Below are positions 35,665 through 50,300 of a DNA stretch of 64,000 bases, piece by piece. A program made the translations under genes and the position numbers. The notes beneath the pieces are model-generated. The model was not told the DNA's origin and ran no database searches. It worked only from the letters and a program-made list of their open reading frames with translations. The DNA is from Chrysomallon squamiferum (lineage: Eukaryota > Animalia > Mollusca). Each line of letters begins with the position of its first letter. Within the stretch, counting starts at the first letter, position 1. The stretch spans positions 17,050,001 to 17,114,000 of the forward strand of contig CM022675.1 in the NCBI GenBank assembly GCA_012295275.1, given 5' to 3'.

Positions 35665-38600
35665 ATGGAAGAGAATCAACAAACTGATGTCAGTCCATCG
35701 TTATCAGAAGCAAAGTTTCACAGATCAGAATTTGCGTCAGTTGTGTTTCACAATGTTGCTGAAATCTACCCAGTTGATGCTCATGTGGATTGTATGTATA
35801 CAATCACAGCTGATATGACAGCCACCTCCAGTGACTGGGTTGGGCTGTATAAAGTTGGATGGATATCAGCTAAAGATTATATTTACTATGAGTGGGCACC
35901 ACTTCCTAAAGATTACCAACCCAGGAAGGAAGCTGAAGGGGAAATTTTGTTTCAGGGTATTTATGTTATTATACCTCTTGTATGTTGTTAATTTTATTAA
36001 ATTTTATTTATTATTCTTTACAAATTAAGGTTGACTTATTCTTTAAATTCTTTAATACCTTAATGAGAGTTATACCCCCAGTGTTTTTTTCTAAATGTAC
36101 AGTGTTTGTTGTCACACTTAAGGCATTTTTAGGGACAGTTAACAAGGTACATAATGCAATTTCTTTTAATTGTGTTCATTATTATTTTAAAAAATATGAC
36201 TTAAAGGTGTTTTCAGGTATCTTTAAAGTTTAGTGATAGGATCATAGGTACATTACACTAGTTTTATGTACTTGTCATTTTTTAAAGGTATTATGTCCAG
36301 TTCATATCAAAAACCAGGTTATGAACCAATTAATGATGTATGGGAACCAATTAATGATGTATGGCAGATTATGGCTAGTAAGTTAAATAAATAAAAAATA
36401 GTATGTAGAAAAAAGAAGGGAATCAAAAAAAAAAAAAAAAAAAAGGAAACTCTAACACTGACTTTAACTATGATTAAAATACCTGTTGTGTATTTATGAA
36501 TTTTGAAATAGCTCATCACATCACATTAATAATATATTACTTTATCCAACTGCAGCACATACTCTTCCAAAAGAAGATGGCGAGTTTTACCAGTTCTGTT
36601 ATGTATCAAGTTCTGGACAAGTTCGAGGTGCAAGCACGCCATTCCAGTTCAGACAGCCTAGTGCTGATGACTTTGTAGAATTTGAGGAAGAGGAAATGGA
36701 TTTGCTTGTGATCCGTTCAAAGACAGCTGTTCTCATGGAGAACCTTGAGAAAGTTGAGCAAGAGAATAAAAAACTAAAGCAGGTAAAACTCTTAGTTTTT
36801 TAATTTGGAGCAGAATAGAAATTGTTCATTGGCATTTTGATACCGTCATTCAAGTCTGTTTTTTCTGGAAAGGGAAATATATAACAGATTATATAAATAA
36901 ACAACAGTAAATAAATTTATGTTAATATGTTTATCATACATGTATAAACTAACTCATTTTTATATTATAAAAACATTGACAGACTTGAAAGATAATTCAG
37001 CTTGTTATGATAAATACACTGAAATATATGCACAGATAAACAGAAGTATTCATGAGCAGCATACATTATACTGTTATAAATACATAGTATAATAATTAAA
37101 CTCACTTTAATCACTCTCTACGCACAATTAGAGACTGTTGCAGAAAACAATTGTTATTTTGTTTTCCCTGACAGGTTAAAGAAAAGATGGAGGAAGAACT
37201 GAATAGTTTGGTTGACAAAGTGAAAACAGTGAACAAGGCTCTGGATAAAGAAAAAGCTCAGAAGGAAGAACTGAATGTTATGTTACATGCTGCTGAAACT
37301 AAACTTGATGAAATGTTTTCTGAGTCAAATGACATGATCATGTTGCATGATGAACTGGTAGAAAAGGTCAAAGATCTTAGCAAGGTCAGGCACACATGCA
37401 TGCAAACACACGCATTCACTTGCATACATGCACATATGCCATTGTTCTTTTGGTATTATTTTGTATAAAATGACATAGTAATAAATTAGAAATTTGATAC
37501 AGATATTTTCATCAAATATTTTATAACTGTTTTCAGGCCATCTGTTCAAACAACTGATTATGCTATTAAACATTTTATTTATTTTCTCTTCCTAACACTT
37601 TATTTATTATTTTAGTTTTTCATTTTCCAACACAATATATGTTTATTAGATCTTTGAGACAGTTTGGATTCCAAACATGTTCAAGAAAAGAAAGTAAATA
37701 ATAATGTTTATTTATTTTAGAGCAAAAAGGAGGCTGAAACAACTTTAACGCAGAAACAAGAAGAGTTGTTAAACCTGCAGATGAAACTGAAAATTCTTCA
37801 GAGTGAGAAAGATGAACTTGATGGGAAGAACAAGACCATTACAGAGGAAATGAACCTGTATAAGGTATGTACTGTATTATTGCATTTGCAAAATTACTTA
37901 TTTTATCAGTTAAACATAAATTTTCTGTTTGTATTGTTCATCTATTTGTTATCCCTTTCTTAAAAAGGTGAATTAGACATATACCTGGATTTTATGCTCT
38001 AGGACCTCTAGCTTCTATTAGAAACACCAGATTTTGATTGGACTTATTTAGGTCAATGATTAGAAAATCTGACAGAAACTTTGAGACAGCAGAATTGTTT
38101 GACTGTATAATGTTATATTGTTATACAATATACACTTAAGCTTCTTTGGTATTTCTCTTTTTAGAATATCAGCAGAATTATTTGATTTTAATGGATCAGG
38201 TTGCAAGATAAAAAAATCTATACAAAAATACTGTTAACAATATAAAGTGGTTTATAATAGTTAAAACAAATTTCTTCAGTTTAAATGTTTTTTTAATTTC
38301 TTCATTACTTTTTGTTGAATATGTATCAGACTCACCTGTCCAAATCTGAGAGTTCCGCCACAGAGTATGTTCATGAGATCGAGGTACTCAGTGGGAGAAT
38401 AGATGAATACAGTGCCACAGTGACTGAACTTCAAGGAAAACTTGAGATGAATGAACAAGTGGTTGCCAGCAGTCGAGAGGAAATCTGTGCTCTCAAGTCA
38501 CAGCTTCATCAAGAGATGCAGAAGTTTGAAAACCAAGTCAGTGTTACACAGTCAGAAAAGGTATACACAATAAAGATTAGTTATATTAGCCACAAAATAG

Positions 38601-41600
38601 AAAGGAAATAATAGGCAAATTAATTTATAAAAGGGGTGTCCAAATCAGTACTAACAACAGTATGATTATCATTCTTGTTGTTGTAGGATTTAAGTTAAAT
38701 ATTAATGAAGATCTATAGAGTGGGAATAATACAGAATGAAATAATAATGAAAATGCTGAAATCGTTATCTATTGTTTATTGAGAACTCTTGTAATTTACA
38801 ATTCATATCTTTTCAGCATTTTAGAGGAACACATTTATTTTGGTAATAAAACAAACTATTAATTAATTTATATCAGTTTTAAATATGTAAATATTAAAAA
38901 GATACCTTTAAATAATTGTTTATTTTTATCTGCATACAAATGTAGAATCTCTTAAAAAGAAATATATAAATTTTCAGCGTAATGCATTCACACTAATGGA
39001 GAAACTGAGAAATGTTGAAGACAGACTTGAGGCTGCAGAGAGAACAAAGGAAATGATGCGAAATGAGTTGAGTTCATATGAGGATACTCAAAACAAGATG
39101 TCTGCTGACTTGGCTGTAAGTCTGTCAATTTACTGTTACTGTATTTCAGCACATTTTTTTCTGTTAATGATTTTTTTTCTAGTACATAATTTTTGTGTAT
39201 ACATCACATGAGAAATGAAACTTTCTGCTGTCTGTCTGTGAAAAACTTGTATTGGTCAGCAGCCAGAGATCCTTTATATGCACCTTCCTTGAGATGTAAA
39301 AATAATTCAGTGATCCAATTACATGTCACAGCTTAGTTCTGTTCAGTGTCTGAGTCACAAAAGTGTCTAACTGTTGCTTGTAGTGACTGACTGTTTGTGT
39401 GTAAGTGATAAAATATTTTCAATGTGTTTTCTAATAATATTATTTTCTCTTTTTTGTGTGTTGCAGGCCAGCAAATCTGAGTGTTTGCGCATCAAGGAAC
39501 AGATGGAGAAAATGGAACAAGACTTTTCAACTGAGATCAATGTTTTACACAGAGAACATGAATCTGTGGAGAAAGATCTATCAAATGTACTGAAGGTATT
39601 TTCAAACACTGTCAATTTCAGCAAGGGTTTGGTAGAAAAATCATAAAGTACCACTTTTTTCATTGAAAATATGTTATCATTTGCAACAGTTTCACAAAGC
39701 AAAAACCTAGTACATACATAGCTCATGCAAAACTAGTAACTTCAAAATAGTTCATATATCATGAAAAAGTGAATTATTAGGTTTCACCATTTGCATAAAA
39801 ATATACGTGTACCTACATAAGGATAATTTTGTTAACAAGAAAGTGTTAGGATGCTAGAATTTCAGGACAAAGGAGTAATTTATTAATATCTTTTCTGACT
39901 GGAGGTGGGAGAAGAACTTTACCCCAAAGTTTAGCTTTAGCCAAGTGTAGTGACTTTTTTTTTTTTGTTAGTATGGGACAGAGTTTACATATTTTGTTAC
40001 AGGAGAAAGAAGAACTGCAGGCCAAGGTTTGTCAGCTGCAGGATGAATTGGAGAAGATGCAAGACAACCTGGACAGTACATCTGCACCAATCTATGCCCT
40101 GAAGAAAGCCAACGATGTCCTGAAAGAACGGCTTGAGAGTGCCCAGAAGATCATCAGTGAGAAGAACACAGAAATTGCAAAAATACAGGTTTGTTGGATT
40201 TATTTTCAAATAATTAATATAAAAACAAAGGAACAAAAAGAAATTCCTTAAACCTTATATATCAGTGTTTCCAACGTGGGGCCTACGCCCCACTGGGGGG
40301 CAGTTCAATAATAATAGGGGGGCAATATGAAAAATATAGTAATATCAACATTATTTTTTATTTTACCCTATATGGGTAAAAATTATAAATTTATAGGGTA
40401 AAATTGTAATTACAACCTTGCTGAGCATAACAGCTTGTGCAGTCTAGTCAAGTGTTCACCCACTAATGTTATTATGCATCTGGCACCAGCTATATGCGTG
40501 GCTTCTGACTTGTTTAAGAAGGTGAGTTTTAGTCAGCTGCTCAACGCCCCCACTGAAGCTAAAAAAACAGAGGAAACTAACTACTGCCTTTTTGTCTGTT
40601 GTGCCACCAATGTTTGGCCAAAGAATCCACGAAGAGAGGTCGTCTCGAAAATCATTTGAAGGCAAAACACAGTATTCATGTTAATTCAAAACTGGAGTAT
40701 TTTAAATCCCTAAAGGAGAAGTTTGAAAAAAGATCAACAATAAATTGATTGTTCTCTGCAAGAAGTGCAAGCAAGGATCGTGGTCTTGAGGCTAGTTATG
40801 AAATTTCTCTTCTCATAGCAAAATGTGGCAAAAATCATACAGATGGGGAGAATTTAATTAAGCCCACAATATCAACTTTTCTGAAAGTAGTTCTTGAAAA
40901 AGATTACCAAGATCTCAGTAGCAGGATTGATGAAATGAGTTGTGATGTAGAAGTACAACTTTTGAAAAATTAAAATATACAAATTTTTCAATACATTTGG
41001 ATGAATCAACTGTAAGAGATAGTGAAGCTCTGTTAATGGCCTATGTAAGATATGTTGATAATGGAGAATTTACTGAGGATATGCTATTTTGCAAAGCATT
41101 AGAAACCACCACTATTGCAGTTGATATATATAAGAAATTAAAAACATATTTAGATGATAAGCAGATACCAATGGAGAACATTATATCTTGTGCTGCAGGT
41201 GGTGCTCCAGTGATGATGGGCAAGAAAAATGGAGTTTTAAAATTATTGAAAGATGATAATCACCAAATGTTGTTAGTGCATTGTGTTATTCATAGACAGA
41301 ATTTAGTTTCCAAAAAGTTTTCCCTGTTCTAAACGAGACATTGAATGCAGTTATAAAATGCATCAACACTATAAAAGCTAATGCCAAATGTGAGCGTCTT
41401 TTCAAACAATTTTGCAAGGATCAAAATGCAGACTATGTAAGATTATTACATCATACTGATGTAAGGTGGTTATCAAAGGGGAATTGCTTGAAAAGATTCA
41501 TAGAATTATTTGATATTCTTAGTGAATTCTTGGATGACAAACCTTATATGACTCTGTTACTGACAGTTGATGGTAAAGCACTTGTCAGTTATTTAGCAGA

Positions 41601-43595
41601 TATATTTGAAAAACTCAGTGTCTTAAATAAGGAGCTCCAAGGAACAAATATGACTCTTGTTAAGTCAAAGGCCAAGATATTTGGCTTTATATCATTTCTG
41701 GAATTATTCCAAGAAAATATTTATGTCAAAAAATTTGAAAATTTTTCTTGGCTGAATAAATTTGAGGTAACAGATGCTACTTGTCTTGTTATTGTGGAGC
41801 ACTTAAAAATAATGGTAAGCGATTTCAACTTCAGATTTTCTGATTTGAAAGAAATTAGTTATCCATCTTGGATGACTCAGCCATTGCTAGTGGATCTGTC
41901 AGATTAACCATGGAGTATCAAGGAGAACTTTCAGAACTACAAAATGATGACTCGATTAAAGCCCTGTTCAAAATAAAAGGAACAATAATGTGGCTCTGTG
42001 AAGAAACACAAACTAAATATCCAAATACAAATAGTTTGGCAAGAAAACTACTGTTACCATTCCCATTGTCATACTTAGTGGAATGTGGATTTAGTGCTGT
42101 GAATGACTTATTACTGAAGAAAAGAAACCAACTGGATATCACTAAAGATTGAAATTAACAAAATTTCTGCCTTGGATAAAATCTCTTTGCAGTAGACATC
42201 AGGCTCAAGGGTCTCATAAATTGATTGTAATTGAATTTATTTAATCTGATGGTAGATATGTTATATACATTATAAAATGGATTTTATTTGATTAAATTTG
42301 AAGTTAAACCCTTTTGTTTTATTTGAAAGATACTTTTTCAAAACTGATATTGTTATATCATACTAAACAATTAACTGATATTGTTATATCATACTAAACA
42401 ATTAACGGGTGGGGACATGAAGAAATTTGTGATAAAAAAGTGGGGCATGGTACTAAAATGGTTGGGAACCACTGTTATATATAGATTAGAAAACAGAAGA
42501 TATTTTAAGAAATAATTGTATCATAGAAAAAGTAAGCTATACCTTTATTGTTATATGTGATATTCAAGATGTGCAGTGGAACCTCAATAATTTTTAATGT
42601 GTTACAAGAGATGATTAACAGTAATTGTAATGTTAATAGGAAATAAAATGTAGATAAATTGCAATAATCTGTTGTAGAAACAACATTCCCGCAGTCAACA
42701 TGACTTGATGAGAGAGGTTGAGGACTTGAAGGAAAGAATTCAGATGTGTACTGAAGAGTATAAACGTCTGTATGTGGAAAACAAGAAATGTCACAAACGT
42801 CTTGACAAACTTCTTCAGCGTGAGTATCATCATTAATATTATAAATGGAAAGAGTTATTACTTTCCTGCATAGACATTTATAAATATCTTTTGTGACAGT
42901 CACTGTTTTAACTTATCCTGTATCTATAGTGATTATATTACAGATCAGATAGCCAGAGTTACAACAGAATTTCTGGTGTATTGTGTCACATTTTCATAAA
43001 TCCTGGAAACTTTTTTTAGTATAGTTCAAATTATTGCAACAAAATTGCAATGCTTGCCTTGGCAGTGAAAAGTTAAATACATTCATAATACTGAACATAT
43101 TGGAGTAATATCATCGGAGGTAATTTCATGTATATTTTGTCAATTTAGAGTTTTTGTCTTTTTCCTGTGATGTTAGAAATACAAACTGGTTCTGTGCAGT
43201 CATACATGCTTTATCATTTTCCAATTAATTTTTGAAATTTTATTTATTTTCTCTAAAACTTTTGACTGCTGTAAGGAAGATAAATATTTCACAGAGCACC
43301 CCACTGTCCAGCAGAACTGGCATTTGATAGCTAGTCTCAAATACTGTAATTCATCATTTTCATTTATAAAATTAATGACTTGTGATACCTGTACAGACAA
43401 GATATATTTTAGTTTTGTTGTTTTCTCATTTGTACATTTCTGTATTAAACATCTTAAATATGATGTTTTATGGTTTTTTTGAATAATTTTTTTATTTGTT
43501 GAAAAGGAAAACCTAAGGATCAAGCTGATGGTAAAGAACCAAAAATTGTCAAAGAGAAAATACAGAAATCAGCATCAAGATCAGAGTCTGGTCAG

Positions 43596-43630
<35 letters not shown>

Positions 43631-46600
43631 GTTATGTTTTTAGATACAGATGTAAACAATTTTGGTTTGTATCTTTTAAGAGGTTATGTTTATAATTCTG
43701 TGTCACACCATAAAACATCTTGGCTCAGTCTAGGGTAAAAAGGTGCTTTAACAGCCACATAACAAGGAGTTTAAAAACTAAATTGACAGCAGTCTATATA
43801 AGTCAATGATTCTATCTATCCACTAGAGATATAAACACAACACAAGTTATTTAATTATGATAATAATACAAAATACAGTCAATAAAACATATGTGTAAGT
43901 AATTTTGATTAATGATACAAGTAAGGTCATAAGGGGAACCAAGATAAAATATGAATTTACCTGGAGAGCAGATTAAACAACTAAAAGTGTATTGATATAT
44001 AAACTGTTACTGACACAGGTTAATTGCACACTACACCCTATCAAAATAAGAACAGACAATGTCTTACCATATACATCTGTAAAGGCAATGCCATTCAAAA
44101 ACATTGGTTCCCTGCCTGACTGAACTCATGTTGGCTTTTTCCTTCTCTCTTCTAATTACCAAGTGCTAACTCTCTTAAAACAACCCCAGTTGAAAAATTG
44201 GCACCAAAAATAAAACATGCAGATGTCACAGAAAGATACATTTGTTATGTAATGTGAATTCTGTGACAGCTGTTTCACATAACATAAAATATTAAATTTT
44301 CTAGATAAAATTAGAAAGAAAGAAGCTAAACTCATATACAGAATTAACTTGTCAATAAAAAAAAAAAAAAAGAAATCGCATAACTGTTGTATACAACAAA
44401 ATCTACACCATTTGTAACTTACAAGGTTAATTTCCATTGTTCTGGGGAAGGTAGCTATATGTGATACATACAAATTCTCACTTAGACAGGTGCAAAGTGA
44501 ACAAAAAGGTTTGATTTTTTTTAAAAATTATATCTATGTAACTAAAAACAATTTTTATAATACTTACGATCAGAATTAAATATACACATTTATACATACT
44601 TGTTATTAATATTTTAACACTAAGGGTTGCAAATGGTTTATCCCACAAGCAACATATCTGTATAATTATCTCTAATAAAAGATAAAAATGGAAGAAATAA
44701 AATAAGGTTTTTATGGAATGTAGATTAAATACTTTTGGGGCTGTTATGTCTTTCAGAGGGAAAGATTCCAGAGCGACGAATGTCTTCAAGCAGTGACATA
44801 AATGTTACCTGTGAAGAGTTGCATGTCCAGATTAGCAAGCTGAGGTTAGAACTTGAAAAACAGATGACAAAGAAGGAGAAGTACAAAACAATGTACAGAG
44901 AAGAAAAAGAGAGCCAGAATGCACTGCGTCAGCACTATTATGAACAGCTGCAGGAGAGGGATGAAGAGATTAAAAACTTGAAACTGCTCAAAAGTGGTGA
45001 CCATTCAGAGATAGAACACAAGTTGAGAATGATGGAGGTAAATGTTGGTTATTATTTTATTATAAATATATTATTGTTGATGTTGTTGTTTTTATTTTTA
45101 CTACCAGCTTTTAAATTAAAATGAAATAAAAGAAAGATTCCAGAAAAGCCATTGCTTGCTTTCATTAAAGAAATTTTTAAGACATCACCATTTTATATTT
45201 TAGAATTAACTTCATCGAGATATATTTATTTTTGAAAATGGATTATTTTATGAACAGAAATGTCTTTTCTGGTTATCTTGTGATATATTTGGCATGATCT
45301 TTAAAAAGTTATATTCTGTTTTCCAGAACTGTTTGAACCAAAGGGAGAAAGAAATAGAAGAGTTGAACCAAAAACTGAGAACAAGCAAACTTGTGAGTGA
45401 TTTCTTTGTTGTTATAATAAGAAATCTTTGATATTTTATAAATAAATTACCAAAATAATAATTGATTTAAATAATTTTGCTAATTGTGTTCAAATAAACA
45501 TCTAAATTTGCTCGTGTTTAGAATGGAGGCATCTGGTTTCTATTACACATCTTTGCTTCACAAGAAACAAATGTATGCCATCAAATAACCTTTAATATTT
45601 AAATGCACCTGTCTATGATATAAAAATGTTACAGAATAAGAATGAGGATTATCAAAGCAGTTCTGGTTTCACAAAGGACTTCGGTCTTTGAAATCTGCAA
45701 TCAGCTGAAAAGAAAGCAGAACCCATCTTATTCTAAGTATTTGACTAGTAAAAATATAAAAATATGCCTGCATATTTTGACCTGTGAGAAAAGATTGACA
45801 AGAGTTGTGTACAAATTTGAAATTATAGAGACAGTTGTGGAGCGTTTGGGAAGATTCTCCTGACGACTTGCCTAAGCCAACAAAAAGAACGTCACTGAAG
45901 AAACATGATGTGTGTGAGGAACAGGAACCACAGATTCCAGAGAGCAATGCAGCCCAGAGTGAGGAGCCCATGTTGATTTATGGAAACCCATACATTGAGG
46001 AGTCCATGAAGTTGTCACAGGAAGGAGCAGCTGCAGCATCAGCACCCACTGACAAAGAGTGAGTTGTTTAAATTATTGAGAAAGTATTTAATAACAAGAT
46101 TAAAATTTAAAAATATCATCATTTTTTCTAAATTATCTTTAAAGATTTTTCAGTTTTGATGACATATTTTTATTTTATTTGTCTATTTTACTTATTTCCA
46201 ATTTTTTTTTATTATTACTTATTTTTATTATTTTTATCTGTTGAATCTTGTGAAACTAACTATCTTTTTTAGGGAGACTTATTTATTTTGCTTTATTCCT
46301 TTAACTTACCAGTACTTTGTTACATTTGATTATAGGACTGCAATGAAGAAATAAAATTCAGATTTAAATATTTTTTTGTCTTCTTCAGACAGAAAAGGCT
46401 GGAGAAAAAGAGAAAATTTTAATTTTTCTTTTTTTACTTTCAGGATTTCCTCCATTGATTACCCTTCAGCACAGCCAAGCCAGTTTGCTGAGACAGGGGA
46501 GAGGAGTCCAGACAGCCAGGACATGATGAGTACGTGCAGTCAAACATTTGTTGCTCCAGTCTATCTTCCCATGCCACTTCAACCAGAAGTTCTGCCAACT

Positions 46601-47347
46601 GCAAAAGTGGCTGCTCTAAAAGCTGCCTTGCCGAGGACAAATGAATACACAGGTATTGTAAGTTTGACTGTTAAGTGTCTGAAAATAGTTTGTTTTTTCG
46701 TGTGCTTTATATTTTTATATAAAATTTATTTTAGTGCAAATCAGCCTAAAAGTTTAAATGCATGTGTACCCCTCCCTACCACTGATAAAATGATAATGAC
46801 AAATCAAAAAAAAAAGTATAATTGATGGCATATTTTATAACTTTTATTGTTAATATGCTCTGAATTGTAAAAATTGTTACAAAATGTAAGATTATAAAAG
46901 AATCTGCTGAATAAGTAAATGGATATTTTTTTTTTTTTACTTTTCAGAAAATCAGCCATTAATGTTTGAGCCAGAAATTAATTTTCCATCAGCTCCACCA
47001 GAGTCGTTTGCAGAAAGGTAAAGCAAAATGACATGACAGTCCCAGACACTATAGATTTTTATGTTGATAGAATGTGAAATTGTTTATTAAAACACAAATT
47101 GGGTACAAAAGTAGCAATTAATTTTTGTTTGTTTTATTGTTCCAGAATTATCAAGGACAATGGAGATTTGGCCAAGAAGTGTCCTATCTGTGAGGAAGTC
47201 TTTGAGTATGACAGCATTGACTTTGGCATGCACTACATGGAACATTTTGGACGAATCTGTCCTGTCTGTCGCTTGCAGGTTGATGACAATGTCTCAAAAC
47301 AGGACTTTGAATACCACGTCAATTGCTGCATTGAGAAAGATAATTAA
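35665..47347 (+). CDS. TAX1BP1: TAX1BP1/CALCOCO-family selective autophagy receptor (SKICH, LIR/CLIR, coiled coil, 2 UBZ zinc fingers), about 946 aa
   Basis: Exons 35665-35956 (VVFHNVAEIYP...DWVGLYKVGW), 36556-36782 (EFYQFCYV...GASTPFQF), 37175-37384, 37721-37864, 38330-38560, 38978-39115, 39467-39595, 40003-40188, 42678-42819, 43507-43590, 44757-45037, 45327-45392, 45829-46058, 46444-46652, 46948-47017, 47146-47347 (CPICEEVF..H...H; CPVC...FEYHVNCC); all phases consistent. Confidence 0.92.
40263..42474 (+). mobile_element. Full-length hAT transposon (Buster/Charlie group) in a TAX1BP1 intron
   Basis: TIRs CAGTGTTTCCAAC / GTTGGGAACCACTG; perfect 8-bp TSD TTATATAT (40255-40262 and 42475-42482); internal transposase. 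Confidence 0.95.
40560..42220 (+). pseudogene. Disrupted Buster/Charlie transposase (ZBED5/SCAND3/FAM200-like)
   Basis: Fragments ASYEISLLIAKCGKNHT, LDEST..DSEALLMAYVRY, HCVIHRQNL, LLHHTDVRWLSKG, LLPFPLSYLVECGFS, QAQGSH*, split by stops and frameshifts; the usual DGA motif reads GGA. Confidence 0.9.
43701..44182 (-). repeat. Dispersed LTR-like repeat, copy 2 (TAX1BP1 intron)
   Basis: Reverse-complement homology to 25405-25936; on the minus strand it begins TGT and ends GGTGTGACA. Confidence 0.75.
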
Positions 47348-50300
47348 AGAGACAGATATTTGTCAGAATTATGTGCAGTTTTCTTGAAACTTTTTAAATC
47401 ATTATGAATTTGTTTTTGTCAGTAATATGGAATTGATACTATATTGTGTACTAATGACAAGGGAACATGATTTATGTTTGATTCATTTTATGAGTTAATA
47501 ATTAGTAAATCACTATTTAAAATATTTTTTAGTAAATTTTAATGGTTTATTTTGTTCTTTTTATTTCAATATTATTTTAAGGGTTTTTGTTTTTTTACGT
47601 TATATATGTTATATGCCTATATATAAACTGTGATTTAATCATGTATAATCTAGAGTTCCTTACTGATAAAAGTGAGTCTAAAAAAACATAAAAAGATGTG
47701 ATTATATAATATAGTTTTGTTACATAATTAACTTTTTTACTGTTTATTTTATTTCAACAATTATCTACTTTTTTTATTTAACTTATACATTTTGTTATTT
47801 TGGAACTATCTTTATTGTTTTTTTCGTTTATATTTTTGCAATTGTTTGTTCTAGTTCTGGATTGTTTTTATTACTATTTATTTATTATTTTTTGTTTTTC
47901 AATACCTAATTGCACCATAGATACTTTATCAGCATAAACTTTAAATCTGATATTGTTTTTAAGGGTATTATACCATTAGAGGGAATTATAATTTTTTTTT
48001 TCTATCATCAATTGCTGTCACAGATGAGTTTTTGTCTTCTGAATATTAGAAAACAAAATTGTTAAAATTTCTCAAGTAAAGTTACGTTTGTAACATTTTG
48101 AAATAATTTAGATATCTACATGGTTACTGGTGTCTGAAAGAACAAAATTCAGATTTTATATCCAAGCAGTCACATTGAATTGAGTAAATGTATGTTCACT
48201 AGAATTGTGCATCTATCAATTCAAATAGATATGTTTATTTCTGTAAAGCACATTTGAAAATAATGTTAAAAAATTCAAATTATCCAAAACCATAATTATG
48301 ATTGTAAAGATATCTTTGTGCAATTTCTTTATAGTACTCGGAAGCATTATGTAAGTTTTACACAGTGTTTGATTTTATATTAATTAGTTTGCTCCAGAGT
48401 GATTATGTAATGTCGCAAAATTCTGATAAACGAATGTAAATATTTGATATATATACAGGTTTTGTCATTCTCAACACAAGTTTGTAATTATTTCAGTAAT
48501 TGTGTACAAACCAGTTTTAGCGTTTTTTTTTATTTGTCAATGAAAATATTTTGATGGTCTTTACAAAAACTGTTGAATGTCAAAATGTTTGCCTGTCACA
48601 TTGTTGTGTTCAAATACATAGATTTTGTTGCCGTCTTATGATGAAAATAAAATAACATTTCCAAAACTATTGTCATTCTGAATATATTTAAAAAAAAAAA
48701 ATTCTTTGTTGAATAGATAAAATAACATTTTCAAATTCTTTACTTAACCTTTGAATTATATAAAACCATATCCAATTCCACTGATTGTCTCTGTACATGT
48801 ATTTTCAGTTTTAAAGATCTATGTAACTGGTGTCCACATGCCATTAATTTCGTGATGATTTCGCCGAATGGTATAAATGGCCACAAAATTACTTGACATT
48901 ACTTACCTCTTCCCATAGAAATTGATGATGGAAAACAGTTTTTATAGTCACTAATTATCTTCAGTTCTCTGATAATTGCAGACAATTGTATGTATATAAG
49001 ATTCTTCATACATGAAAGCTTTTGATTGATTTTCATTGATTACATGGTGTATCCTTATTTTTAGATATAGTGTAAAGTGGTTTTAAACAATTAAAAATAA
49101 AAATGTGATGAAAAAGAACAAACAAGTGTTGTCTTCAGTTGACTGAAATATGAAACAGTGTGGACAAATGATGGCAAAATAATATAAATATAAAATGGAA
49201 ATAAATTTAGTTTGTAACATGACATACTTGCTAAGACTTGCTTATCAAAGGTTCTGGTGAGTGATTTCCTGCCTTCAAGGGGAACATTTAACTGAAAAGT
49301 GTTATAGTGAGAGTGGAGTTCTTGTTATTTGTAGCTACTGAACTTATGTAATATGTGTTGATTAAATCATTAAGCACTTCAGTACTGCATGCTCTGTACT
49401 GACCAATTTTCATCTTCTGAGTAGGATTTCATCATATGTTAAAGATCTTTTATAGTAACTCACATTTATTACATTGCAGGGTATTTCTGAAGCTGGAATA
49501 TGTAGAAATTAAATAATTCATAAACTCTACAAATCCTAGTAAGAATTGCACATTGTCATGGAAATGATTGTTTTTACAGCATCTGATCTTCCTATCCATC
49601 TCAGAAAGAAAAAAAGGTGGGTAATGGAAAATGATTTGATGTTATGAAATATATTACATTTTACTTTTTTCTCTGACAAAGTCCATATTTTGTGAATGCA
49701 GACTTTCAAACTTGACTCCTAATAAGCTTTAATATGTACTGAAGAGCTGTTAAATACTCATGAATTTACAATCTGATATTAATGTAAACATTTCTATTAC
49801 ATTAATTAAATAAAAACAAAAGTCCATCACAAAAAACATATATATACATACGTACACATTATATTTTACCAATACAGAGAGCAGATACATTTAAACAACA
49901 ATACAGAAACAAAACACAAACCATGTAATATAGTCTGACCTGAGATGACCATGTTTATTTACAATGACTATACAAAATTGTGTCAAATCACAAATGTCTA
50001 AGACCAACAATCTTAGACCTAAATAAAACAGACAAAATGAAAAAAACATGAAAAAAAGTATTTGTTGTTGAACTGTTTGCAGCTAGCCACAAGTAACAGA
50101 GCAAGTAAATATTTTGTTTTGGTTTCAGATGATAGAACAAAATTTCATCTTAAAATTTTCAATCGGTTTAATATTTGCAGGAGCGTTCAATCATTCTTTG
50201 TTTTTGTACTTTACAATTTAAACATCAGACAGCATAGTTATGTTATTGTATTTACAAAAATGTTGATTTTTAAATTAATAGACTTTTATTACTGTCATAA

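Noticed and set aside
36323-36364. 21-bp tandem duplication that could suggest a CRISPR-like repeat
   Set aside because: Two adjacent copies without spacers in a eukaryotic intron
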